A stretch of 63,112 nt of DNA, taken from a virus. Its lineage: Duplodnaviria > Caudoviricetes. Of the stretch, positions 45,419 through 54,391 are shown in pieces. Within the stretch, counting starts at the first letter, position 1. Each line of letters begins with the position of its first letter. Position numbers and translations under genes: made by a program. The notes below the pieces were generated by a model that did no database searches, was not told where the DNA came from, and saw only the letters and a program-made list of their open reading frames with translations. The DNA is taken from IMG/VR virus record IMGVR_UViG_3300044988_000895, positions 1 through 63,112 of that record, one strand, 5' to 3'.

Positions 45419-46039
45419 ATGTATAAAAAAATTAATGTCCACCCTTTGATCAAAACCAAACATGATGATTTATTCGAACAACCAGTAATTATTAGAGTGA
45501 GAAGATTTTCCGAGTCTTCTTGCGAAACTTTTACTGATCAAATCGATAAAGCTGTCAATTCTGGTCAACCATTCATTCCAATTGTAATCGATTCTTATGG
45601 AGGTCAAGTCTATAGTTTATTGGAAATGATCCAAAAAATGCAGCATTGTGGTCTTCCTTGCCACACAATAGTTGAAGGAAAGGCAATGTCTTGTGGTGCA
45701 ATTTTATTCGCCATGGGAAATCAAAGATATATGTCGCCACATGCCACACTCATGCTACATGAAGTTTCTTCGAATTCTTTCGGTAAAATAGAAGAAATTA
45801 AAGCAGATGCTAAAGAAACAGATAGACTCAATAAGTTGCTTTTCAAACTTATGGCAGAAAACTGTAAGAAAAAATACGACTTTTTCCTTAAACTAGTCCA
45901 CAATAGAAATCATGCGGACTGTTACATAACTGCCACAGAAGCAAAAAAACTTAACATTTGCACAGATATTGGCATACCAACTTTCAAGATTGATGTGAGT
46001 TTGAAATTTTCTTTGGAAAAATTCGGTAACAAGTATTGA
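45419..46039 (+). CDS. clpP: ClpP-family protease subunit
   Basis: IDSYGGQV, GKAMSCG (Ser), MLHE (His), HADCY (Asp), EAKKLNICT. Confidence 0.88.
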   Translation: MYKKINVHPLIKTKHDDLFEQPVIIRVRRFSESSCETFTDQIDKAVNSGQPFIPIVIDSYGGQVYSLLEMIQKMQHCGLPCHTIVEGKAMSCGAILFAMGNQRYMSPHATLMLHEVSSNSFGKIEEIKADAKETDRLNKLLFKLMAENCKKKYDFFLKLVHNRNHADCYITATEAKKLNICTDIGIPTFKIDVSLKFSLEKFGNKY

Positions 46040-46106
46040 TTTATTTTCAATTTCGATTAATTTACTCAAGTCGTTTGATTTCATTTACTGCACGGAGGTA
46101 CTTTGT

Positions 46107-46505
46107 ATGCAACCCAAATTGTGGTTGGTAAGTCTTGCTGGATTTTTTGCCCTTTCGTCTTTTACTGCTTATAAATGTTATGATGCAGCAGAATGTCGAA
46201 ATTACATCTCAATGCTCAGATATGAAAATGGCATGTTGATGAGTGAAATTAATATCTTGGAAAGCAATCCAAAATATAATGATGGTTATCGTGATGCAAT
46301 TATAAAAATTGGTGGTCCTCAATCTCCCGGTAGCTATCAAGACGGATGGGATGCTGCCATTAGAGTTTTAGGCGACAATAGCTATGTCCAAGGATATCAC
46401 AATGCCATAAAACAATTCGGCTATACAAAAGATGGTAATCTTCGTTGGCTGATTGAAGAATCAATACCAACTCAAGCAAAACCCATTAACCCAGTTAAAA
46501 AGTAA
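46107..46505 (+). CDS. Membrane-anchored hypothetical protein
   Basis: Hydrophobic N-terminus; three YxxG(Y/W)xxAI repeats; GGAGG SD. Confidence 0.7.
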   Translation: MQPKLWLVSLAGFFALSSFTAYKCYDAAECRNYISMLRYENGMLMSEINILESNPKYNDGYRDAIIKIGGPQSPGSYQDGWDAAIRVLGDNSYVQGYHNAIKQFGYTKDGNLRWLIEESIPTQAKPINPVKK

Positions 46506-46518
46506 AGGAATACTATCA

Positions 46519-46776
46519 ATGTTTGAGCAAGAATCTGTAAGTGTTAATCAGATGGCTGGATTTGGAGATGAAATTGTGAAGTTTATAAAAAAAGACACAC
46601 AAGAAATTATCTGCTTTATTGGAAAACAAGATAGCAAAGATATGATCTTTTTTCAAAAGCCAATCGATTGCGAAGATATGATTTCTATAGCTGAATTAAT
46701 CAGCAAAAAGAAAATGAAAAAAGCACTTGCTAAAGGCAATTTTGGGAAAGCTCAAAAAATAGCAAGTAAATCTTAA
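46519..46776 (+). CDS. Hypothetical protein
   Basis: ATG 46519 with AAGGA SD. Confidence 0.6.
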   Translation: MFEQESVSVNQMAGFGDEIVKFIKKDTQEIICFIGKQDSKDMIFFQKPIDCEDMISIAELISKKKMKKALAKGNFGKAQKIASKS

Positions 46777-46793
46777 TCGCAAACACTTGAATT

Positions 46794-46834
46794 AATCTCC
46801 ATTGTTTAAAAACACTCATTAAACAATGGAGATT
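46794..46834. terminator. 16-bp perfect inverted repeat, likely intrinsic terminator
   Basis: aatctccattgtttaa-N9-ttaaacaatggagatt followed by T run. Confidence 0.7.
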
Positions 46835-46971
46835 TTATCTTAACAATCAAAGTTGATAATTTTTATGCCAAAAGCTTATAATTTTTTGTAACTAAATTTG
46901 CATGTGTCTTCGAATAATGATATATAAGAATGCAAGGAGCATTTCAAAGGCATGGATGCCTATATAAATCC

Positions 46972-47688
46972 ATGATAAATCATCATCATAAATTAATTTA
47001 TATTCACCCACCAAAGACTGGCGGTTGGTCTATTACTGATCTTTGGGGAGCAAGATCGCCAATACCAGAAGAAGAAGGAAAATACGAATTTCTCCCAGTA
47101 CATCACTCAATGAGATTTTATAAAAACTTTAATTTCGACCTAAATCATTATTTCATTTTTGCAACAACAAGAAACCCTTGGGATAGAATTGTATCCGCAT
47201 ACTTTTGGTTAAAAAAAAGTGGCGGAGGAAGACTTCCCAATAATCGAGAAGGTAAGAATTGTAGCTTTGAAGAATATGTCGAATGGCTTATGTTAGGTCG
47301 CATCAGTATGAGTCATGATAAAAATAATCGCAATTGGTCGCACCCAAATCCAGTTTGGGATTGGATTACTATCGACAATCAAGTTTCTGTAGATTATTTC
47401 TGTAATATGCACACATTCAAAGAAGACTTCGAATTTGTTATTGATATTTTAGGAACAAAGAAAAGATTGCCACATTCCAATAAATCATCACATGATGACT
47501 ATAGGAAATATTACACAGATAAATTGGCTGAAAAAATCGCTTTTATATTCAAAAAAGATATAGAATACTTTAAGTATAAATTTGATGATAAAAATTACTC
47601 AGACTTCAATCGAATCGTAAATCCAGAAAAAATAGAAAGATATAGAAAGTTTAGATCCTTGTTCATAAAAGGATTCACAAAACTTTAA
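46972..47688 (+). CDS. Sulfotransferase family 2 protein
   Basis: HPPKTGGWS (5'-PSB) and RNPWDRIVSAY (3'-PB); start placed at MINHHH. Confidence 0.85.
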   Translation: MINHHHKLIYIHPPKTGGWSITDLWGARSPIPEEEGKYEFLPVHHSMRFYKNFNFDLNHYFIFATTRNPWDRIVSAYFWLKKSGGGRLPNNREGKNCSFEEYVEWLMLGRISMSHDKNNRNWSHPNPVWDWITIDNQVSVDYFCNMHTFKEDFEFVIDILGTKKRLPHSNKSSHDDYRKYYTDKLAEKIAFIFKKDIEYFKYKFDDKNYSDFNRIVNPEKIERYRKFRSLFIKGFTKL

Positions 47689-48509
47689 ATTCCAAACACT
47701 TTCTTCGCCCAATCATTGCCATATTTTTTTTTGACAAATATACGCAAAGACTCTGCATCGGAAACAGTTCTGAATTTTTCTAAGTATTCTGTAGCCTCTT
47801 TTTCATTATTGTAAATTGACATACTTCTTTCTATATTCCAACGAACAAAAACAGATAAATCTTCAGATTCATAATTAGACTCATTAGAATCTAAAACCAT
47901 AAGTAATGTTAAAACATAAATGTCAAACTCCAACATGTACCTAACTGTTTCGGCACGAGATTTTATCTGCAAATCTTTTCTGGTGGCACTACCATTCGTA
48001 TAACCAACCCACTCATCAAGCAAATATAATGGTCTATCTCCCCATCCAGATGCTTGTTCCACTAAATACAAATTATAAACACTTCCACGCAAGCTATGAG
48101 GTACATTCTTAGCGACTTTCTCAATCCTAGTCTTTGGCTCAAATAATACACAAGCCTTTCCATCTAAACAATAAAATGCATTAATCGCCCTGCCATCATA
48201 TAACTGATTTCTAACATTTGAATTAATTCCATGTGTCGTTTCATGTGCGGAAGTAATCAAATCAGGATCATCGTAATAACCACCATCATCTACATGCGAC
48301 CTAATATCAGATAAAACATTTCCCAATCTAAAATCAGGCTTGCTATATTGCTTTACTTTAACCCATTTTGGTTCTGGTAATTTCTTTTCAATTATTTTAT
48401 TTTCAATCACATCTTCTTTTTTTTGATCAGACTTATCTTTAATCTTAAGAAATCCAAAAATAGAACCACATAAAAATGCCATAAAAATCAATAAAAATAA
48501 ATTTTTCAT
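47685..48509 (-). CDS. Membrane-anchored/secreted HExxH protein
   Basis: Hydrophobic N-terminus, AHETTHGINS, downstream DEW; GAGGA SD. Confidence 0.65.
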   Translation of the reverse strand: MKNLFLLIFMAFLCGSIFGFLKIKDKSDQKKEDVIENKIIEKKLPEPKWVKVKQYSKPDFRLGNVLSDIRSHVDDGGYYDDPDLITSAHETTHGINSNVRNQLYDGRAINAFYCLDGKACVLFEPKTRIEKVAKNVPHSLRGSVYNLYLVEQASGWGDRPLYLLDEWVGYTNGSATRKDLQIKSRAETVRYMLEFDIYVLTLLMVLDSNESNYESEDLSVFVRWNIERSMSIYNNEKEATEYLEKFRTVSDAESLRIFVKKKYGNDWAKKVFGI

Positions 48510-48517
48510 TTGTCCTC

Positions 48518-49186
48518 TCACTTGTTTGGTACAACTAATGTATAAGAGTATATCCCTGCAGATCTAAGACCATCTTTGAATGGATCTATATAACCATAAC
48601 CAAAACAAACATCACATGGCAAGAAAAACTTTTTCTTTGTTCCATGACACCAAGGACAAACCTTTCCCACAAATCCGCCTTCCATGTCTGTTTTGAATGA
48701 CCAACTTGATTCAAAATTATTTAAACTTATCCATTCCTTATTGCCACTATCTGGATCAGCGAAACAAAAATTCTCAGAATCATATCCAATCACTACAACC
48801 CAATGCCACATCTCAGACCCACTACGCAACAATGCTATAACTGGCTTTCCATTACTTATTTGTTTTTTCAAATAAGAAATACTTCCCCTCGTAACATAAC
48901 ACTTGCATCCATTTTTATTCAAACCAGAAGCAACACCATTTGGAGTCGAAAAACCAATTCTATCACCACGATATTGTCCAGATACCAATACGGATCTTTC
49001 TAGTTCTGACCAATTTACATCTATACCATAATATCTAAGAACCATCTTGTCACACGCTGGTCCACAAGTAATTCCATCTGGTTGTTTCATAAAATATGAA
49101 AAGTTTTTAAGCTGGTGAGACTTTGGATACTCTACTATTGAACAACCGCCAATTAGGAGTAAAACTATGAGTGATAATCTTGCCAT
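48518..49186 (-). CDS. C39-like cysteine peptidase lipoprotein with Zn-finger insert
   Basis: Lipobox IGGC; QPDGITCGPAC, HWVVVIGYD, ADP; CPWCHG...CDVCFG. Confidence 0.8.
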   Translation of the reverse strand: MARLSLIVLLLIGGCSIVEYPKSHQLKNFSYFMKQPDGITCGPACDKMVLRYYGIDVNWSELERSVLVSGQYRGDRIGFSTPNGVASGLNKNGCKCYVTRGSISYLKKQISNGKPVIALLRSGSEMWHWVVVIGYDSENFCFADPDSGNKEWISLNNFESSWSFKTDMEGGFVGKVCPWCHGTKKKFFLPCDVCFGYGYIDPFKDGLRSAGIYSYTLVVPNK

Positions 49187-49817
49187 TGCATACCTCGTTA
49201 CAAATGAAAATGATGTGTCCTTTCCAGAATATCAATGGAGTAACAACACAACTCATACTCAAGAAAATCCAAATTATTTTTTCTATTCTTACAAAGATTT
49301 AAATGTGGCTAAGTTTATCCAACCATGTCTTGATCAAAAAGAAAAACCAAATTACTGGAAAGTTAGGCTTTCTGATATAACTCATAAAGATCCTATGAGA
49401 ATTGTTGGCAAAAAATGTGAAGCTATAGAAAAATGTGATACTATAGAACCAAATAATGACCAACGATTTAATTTTGCTTCACTGTTATCTTTGAATTATA
49501 CAAAAAATAAAGTATTCGTAGAGTGGGTTATGAAATATCTTAAAAATGAAGATCGTACATTCTATACAGCTAATGTTGTAACTGAAAAATTACGACTTAA
49601 AATGCTTATGGAACTACCACAAGAAGAAATTTACCTTTCCAGTACGCATGCTTTAGTAAAAGCTGTACTTACTGGAAATTATAAATTATATTGTGCTGCA
49701 TCCGCACATAAACTTATATGGGATGCACCACCAGAATTAAATGTAGCATCATTTGCTAGTGCAGCCATGAATTTAAATACATCAGAAGTCATAAAACTTA
49801 TAGAATCTGTCTTTTAA
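49167..49817 (+). CDS. Hypothetical protein
   Basis: 216-aa ORF with AGGAG SD. Confidence 0.7.
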   Translation: MSDNLAIAYLVTNENDVSFPEYQWSNNTTHTQENPNYFFYSYKDLNVAKFIQPCLDQKEKPNYWKVRLSDITHKDPMRIVGKKCEAIEKCDTIEPNNDQRFNFASLLSLNYTKNKVFVEWVMKYLKNEDRTFYTANVVTEKLRLKMLMELPQEEIYLSSTHALVKAVLTGNYKLYCAASAHKLIWDAPPELNVASFASAAMNLNTSEVIKLIESVF

Positions 49818-49913
49818 GGCGGCTACTATTAAAATCTCTTATCATTTCTTATTCTTTTGTTGCTAAATTTAACATTAAATTACCAAATTCAAATCAAATT
49901 TAATGTTTCAATC

Positions 49914-50429
49914 CTATTTCTTTAATACTTCAATTACACTTTCACACACACCATCATAATCGCTCTTTAAATTAGTTACCTTGCCAACCCATGTGTCGTC
50001 TTGAAATTCACGCATCCAATGAGGAGTTGGTAATTTAACCTCACTGCCTATTCTTACTGGCTTATCACATATGTAAGTATATTTATTGTTTACTTGTATC
50101 TTCTTTAACACAGGTTTCTTTTCCATAGGCTTCTTCTTCAATACAAGTTTTCTTTTTTTATTTGGTTTCAATTTTTCAATCGAACTTTCACATTTATCTG
50201 GATTAAAAAACCAAGTGTGAAAATTATCTTCAATATCTGCTGGAAAATGAATAACTTTTACCTTAAAATCTTCTACTTCTTCTTTTTTTATACCTTCTAG
50301 CACTGCATAGCGTTCAACATTTACAGGTGAATTTTCAGGAGCAAGAGATTCCCATAGAAATTCCTTGCCTTTATGTTTAAATGTAATAATCTTTTTGACA
50401 ATATTGTTGTCTCTGGAATCTAATTTCAT
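49914..50429 (-). CDS. Hypothetical protein
   Basis: ATG 50429 with AGGA SD in frame with tracked ORF. Confidence 0.65.
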   Translation of the reverse strand: MKLDSRDNNIVKKIITFKHKGKEFLWESLAPENSPVNVERYAVLEGIKKEEVEDFKVKVIHFPADIEDNFHTWFFNPDKCESSIEKLKPNKKRKLVLKKKPMEKKPVLKKIQVNNKYTYICDKPVRIGSEVKLPTPHWMREFQDDTWVGKVTNLKSDYDGVCESVIEVLKK

Positions 50430-50525
50430 TCGTAATTTCCTGTCATAACTAGTAAAATTTATTTCATTGTAAAGTAAATATAACAATTTTTCTATTGCAG
50501 ACAAGACTTATTTCTTAATTTACCT

Positions 50526-50570
50526 CATAAATACTTCTATGAACTTTAAACAGTGGCTGGAAAATGAAGA
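50526..50570 (+). repeat. 45-bp direct repeat copy 1 (late promoter ATAAATA + first codons MNFKQWLENE)
   Basis: cataaatacttctatgaactttaaacagtggctggaaaatgaaga; 44/45 identical to 51974-52018. Confidence 0.95.
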
Positions 50571-51978
50571 AGAAATAGATGTCAATGTATCTAAACCAAA
50601 TTTGGCGACAACTGTTCCTCCATTAAATACAAGTGCATCCAAACCAAAGTTAGGAATCAGACAGAATAAAAGTAAAGAAAAAGTAGAACAACTTGCATTA
50701 GATTACAAAAATAATGGATATTTTCCTAACGCAAAACATCCATTATTTGGACAATGGATTTCAGATAAAAGAACTGGAGATTCAATCATATATCCATCAG
50801 ATAGAGAAGCATGGAAAGATATGGTAGAATTATCTAAAAGTGAAAATTGGAAATATAAACTCCCAGAAACTCCACCATTTGAATTAGGTAGTGGACATCA
50901 AACCAAGCATAGCTATGCCATAAATAATAATATTAAAAATATTACTTCACGGGAAAATATTATAGAAAATAAAAGTAAAGAAAAGGTAGAACAACTTGCA
51001 TTATTTTACAAAAAAAATGGATATTTTCCTAACGCAAAACATCCATTATTTGGACAATGGATTTCAGATAAAAGAACTGGAGATTCAATCATATATCCAT
51101 CAGATAATATAAAATGGAAAGAGATGGTAGAATTATCTAAAAGTGAAAATTGGAAATATAAACTTCCAGAAACTTTACCATTTGAATACAATTACGAATA
51201 TGATTTAAAAAAACAAAGAAATAAAAGAATAGAAGATCTTGCAATATATTATAAAGACCGTGGAAAATTTCCTAATCCATATGACGAACATGATGAATTC
51301 GCTAGAAATCTTGGTCATTTTAGAATGGGAAATATTTACAAGAATAATATTTCCTCATCAGATAATATAAAATGGAAAGAGATGGTAGAATTATCTAAAA
51401 GTGAAAACTGGAAATATAAACTTCCAGATACATGGAACGAAATTCAAAAAAAAGGTGGCTCTTCTGGCGAGATATATATAAAAAATTTATTAGATTTTCT
51501 TAAAATTGAAAATTACACACAACACAAAGAAACATTTTGTGTTGATAAAAGATGTTTACGATTTGATTTTTCTATTGATCATAATAATCAAGATTATTTA
51601 GTAGAATATCAAGGCAAACAACATTATATTCCATCTTTTTTTGGTAAAACAAAAAATAAAAACCCTCAAAAAATAGCAGAAATTGCTCTTAAGGAATTCG
51701 ATAAAATTAAAAAAAGAGACGAAATAAAATACGATTATTGTTTGAAGGAAAAGCTTCCACTTCTTGTGATTCCATATTGGTTTGATAAAGGTGGTATTAA
51801 AGAATTAATCGAAAAATTTATAAAAGAAGATGAATTTAGCACAATTTTTGCAAATCCACCTGTTCCAGATGATAAAAAAGAATATCACGACAGAATGTAT
51901 AAAAAATATTTAGCAGAATCAAAACCAACATTTGAACAATTTCTAATTGGGAAGAACTTTACATATTTTAATGCATAA
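50539..51978 (+). CDS. Putative endonuclease (Vsr/DUF559-like PD-(D/E)xK C-terminus) with HA-like repeats
   Basis: SSGE...LRFDF...VEYQGKQHY...RDEIKYDYC...LLVIPY; duplicated FGQWISDKR blocks. Confidence 0.75.
   Translation: MNFKQWLENEEEIDVNVSKPNLATTVPPLNTSASKPKLGIRQNKSKEKVEQLALDYKNNGYFPNAKHPLFGQWISDKRTGDSIIYPSDREAWKDMVELSKSENWKYKLPETPPFELGSGHQTKHSYAINNNIKNITSRENIIENKSKEKVEQLALFYKKNGYFPNAKHPLFGQWISDKRTGDSIIYPSDNIKWKEMVELSKSENWKYKLPETLPFEYNYEYDLKKQRNKRIEDLAIYYKDRGKFPNPYDEHDEFARNLGHFRMGNIYKNNISSSDNIKWKEMVELSKSENWKYKLPDTWNEIQKKGGSSGEIYIKNLLDFLKIENYTQHKETFCVDKRCLRFDFSIDHNNQDYLVEYQGKQHYIPSFFGKTKNKNPQKIAEIALKEFDKIKKRDEIKYDYCLKEKLPLLVIPYWFDKGGIKELIEKFIKEDEFSTIFANPPVPDDKKEYHDRMYKKYLAESKPTFEQFLIGKNFTYFNA
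50664..51430 (+). repeat. Internal ~220-bp near-identical duplication (303-bp spacing) plus partial third copy
   Basis: aataaaagtaaagaaaa(a/g)gtagaacaacttgcatta at ~50665 and ~50968; WKEMVELSKSENWKYKLP three times. Confidence 0.9.
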
Positions 51979-52018
51979 ATACTTCTATGAACTTTAAACA
52001 GTGGATGGAAAATGAAGA
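51974..52018 (+). repeat. 45-bp direct repeat copy 2 (late promoter + MNFKQWMENE)
   Basis: Contains the stop codon of the upstream nuclease gene. Confidence 0.95.
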
Positions 52019-52586
52019 TTACAGAGGAACACATCAAGCTCCAGATAAAGAAGATGCTCCACTTCATGACTTGACCAACACTTATCCAGATGATATCTAT
52101 TCCGATAAAGGTGCTTTGTACTATGGCGATTCTTCACCATTTGATCAGCAATCTATTAGCATTATAAAGTCTGCAAGAGGCAAACCTAATCTAGCAGTTA
52201 AAATATTTAGAGCAGTTCCAGATATCAATAAAGAAACTAATAAACAAATTAAATACTATTACAGCTTAATCTATTATGTAAATCAATTTGGATTTCCACC
52301 AATCGCATCTAAAGATAAGTTCGCCAGTGAATTATATCAAAAGTTGAACTATGATAAAAATAAATTCGTTGAACATTTAAACAATGAAATTAAACAACTT
52401 GAAAATAAAATAGAAAAGAAAATTACAATCAATCCGGGAGATTGGGTTTCGATAAATAGACAATATGCAGTTGATCATGGACAAGCTCATGTAGATAATT
52501 ATAAGATCTTATCCAAAACTGTAAAAGCTAAAGAACTATTTACAGACGGCAATAGTATTCACGAATGGGGTTACGATCCAAGATGA
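51987..52586 (+). CDS. Capsid-targeting-like protein with possible ADP-ribosyltransferase-like fold
   Basis: MNFKQWMENE; IFRAVP...GDWVSINRQYA...EWGY (R-S-E-like order). Confidence 0.55.
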   Translation: MNFKQWMENEDYRGTHQAPDKEDAPLHDLTNTYPDDIYSDKGALYYGDSSPFDQQSISIIKSARGKPNLAVKIFRAVPDINKETNKQIKYYYSLIYYVNQFGFPPIASKDKFASELYQKLNYDKNKFVEHLNNEIKQLENKIEKKITINPGDWVSINRQYAVDHGQAHVDNYKILSKTVKAKELFTDGNSIHEWGYDPR

Positions 52587-53122
52587 AAAACATATTTTTA
52601 ATTGCTGACACACATTTTGGCGATCAAAAATTATGCAATTTGGAATCTTCAGATGGAAAAAAATATCGACCTTGGAATAAATCATCAGATATGGATGAAG
52701 ACTTAATTCGTAAATGGAACGAAGTTGTTGGTAAAAATGACCTTGTTTATCACCTTGGTGATGTTTCAACTCAAAAAGAAAAATTAAAACTATTAAGAAA
52801 ATGTAATGGAGAAAAAATCCTTATAAAAGGAAATAGAGATAATTTCAAACTTATTCATTACACTACTTATTTTTCAGATATCAGATCGTATTATCAAATT
52901 GATAAATTAATTTTAACCCATGTTCCTTTGTTTCCAGCTTGCATTAAAACTGGAAAAATTAATGTACATGGTCATTTACATAAACAAGAAATTAAACATA
53001 TAAAGTATTTAAATGTGTGTGTTGAAAACATAAATTATACGCCCATTTCTATTGATGATATCAAAGTAAAAACAGGCGAAAACGAATTTAATTCTTTATT
53101 GTTCAAATATAAAACTAGCTGA
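52583..53122 (+). CDS. Calcineurin-like metallophosphoesterase
   Basis: DTHFG, HLGD, GNRD, THVP, HGHLH; ATGA overlap with upstream stop. Confidence 0.85.
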   Translation: MKNIFLIADTHFGDQKLCNLESSDGKKYRPWNKSSDMDEDLIRKWNEVVGKNDLVYHLGDVSTQKEKLKLLRKCNGEKILIKGNRDNFKLIHYTTYFSDIRSYYQIDKLILTHVPLFPACIKTGKINVHGHLHKQEIKHIKYLNVCVENINYTPISIDDIKVKTGENEFNSLLFKYKTS

Positions 53123-53504
53123 TATAGGCAGTTACTTCACATTGTTTGTCACTAGACATCCAATGCCAACTGAAAACTAATAAATTGTCAACACGATCAG
53201 CACCTTCATCTGGCTTCTCAGGATTAGTCATTTTTTCTAAAGGGAATCTTTGCGTGTAGTCAGGTGTCTTATCACTTACATTGAAGCTTGGAACTCCAGC
53301 CAATGCATATCCATGATCATGAAGAATTTGCTGAATATTAGTCAAAGCATGACCCGGCTTTGGCCAATAATTTTTTATAGATGAAACAGCATTACGAACT
53401 TTATCTTTTGACTTGATTGTGTTCTTGCCTTCTAAAATGTCATAATAATCAGACTCTGAAATGATTCCAGCAAGATATAATTTATAATTCGAATTATTTT
53501 TCAT
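53115..53504 (-). CDS. Hypothetical late protein
   Basis: ATG 53504 with AAGGA SD and ATAAATA at 53531-53537; LAGIISE...ILE N-terminus. Confidence 0.7.
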   Translation of the reverse strand: MKNNSNYKLYLAGIISESDYYDILEGKNTIKSKDKVRNAVSSIKNYWPKPGHALTNIQQILHDHGYALAGVPSFNVSDKTPDYTQRFPLEKMTNPEKPDEGADRVDNLLVFSWHWMSSDKQCEVTAYIS

Positions 53505-53596
53505 GATTGTTCCTTTGTTTTTGAACAAATTATTTATGTTTACGCTCTTTAAATTTAGTTGAATTATACTTTATAATTTAGTAAGGGGTATATTTT

Positions 53597-53794
53597 ATGT
53601 CTAATTCAGTAGATAAATGGCTTGCTAATATTATCAATCTTTCTGATCTTCCAGAAACGGATAGATTAATTTTTGGAAAAATCAGGAAAAGAGCAAATCA
53701 ACTCATAAAAGAGGGAAATGACCCTTGTGATGTCATGGTTGAAATATTTCAAGGGGCAATTAATGAGATGAATAGAAGGAATTTAGAAGACTAA
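53597..53794 (+). CDS. Small hypothetical protein
   Basis: 65 aa, AAGGGG SD. Confidence 0.6.
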   Translation: MSNSVDKWLANIINLSDLPETDRLIFGKIRKRANQLIKEGNDPCDVMVEIFQGAINEMNRRNLED

Positions 53795-53798
53795 TTCC

Positions 53799-54125
53799 CT
53801 ATTTTTGACCAAAACTCGTCCTAGCTTGAGATGGATCATTCCACCATGTAGAATCATCAGACTTTTTCTTAATTTCTGCCATAATGATTTTATCTAATTC
53901 ATTTAATTTGGCATATGACTTACCAGCTACCATCAAATCTACCCTATAATCATTAGCTTCTTTGTCTTTTCCATCTAACTTCAAACGAATGTATGGAGTC
54001 AATAAGTTAAGAGGAAACATAGGAAAACTTTTAGACATGCTGTCTATAAAATCACCATGAAGCAAAGGATTCCTATGAAACTTAGGGTCAAACAAACCTT
54101 CTAAATATTGCATAAATGTTTTCAT
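53799..54125 (-). CDS. Small protein with T4 internal-protein-like N-terminus
   Basis: MKTFMQYLE (cf. T4 MKTYQEFIAE); TTAAATA 4 nt upstream. Confidence 0.75.
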   Translation of the reverse strand: MKTFMQYLEGLFDPKFHRNPLLHGDFIDSMSKSFPMFPLNLLTPYIRLKLDGKDKEANDYRVDLMVAGKSYAKLNELDKIIMAEIKKKSDDSTWWNDPSQARTSFGQK

Positions 54126-54183
54126 ACACTATTTAAGCAAAACATATCTCTTTTTTTCAAAATACTAATTCTTTTGAGTATAT

Positions 54184-54366
54184 ATGGTAATGGAAATATA
54201 CATCACAAGCATGGTATTCATCTTCTTTTCATTCTTCTTAGGATATTTTCTAAAAAGAAAATTAGATTGCAAAATCATTGATCAAAGATGTAAACAAATA
54301 TGTGAAAGTGAAATGAACGAATTTAAACAATTGCAGGAACTATTGCGAATCAGAAAATTAATCTAA
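54184..54366 (+). CDS. Small single-pass membrane protein
   Basis: MVFIFFSFFLGYFL then KRK. Confidence 0.55.
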   Translation: MVMEIYITSMVFIFFSFFLGYFLKRKLDCKIIDQRCKQICESEMNEFKQLQELLRIRKLI

Positions 54367-54391
54367 TTTGTATAATAAAGGAAAGTAAGCA

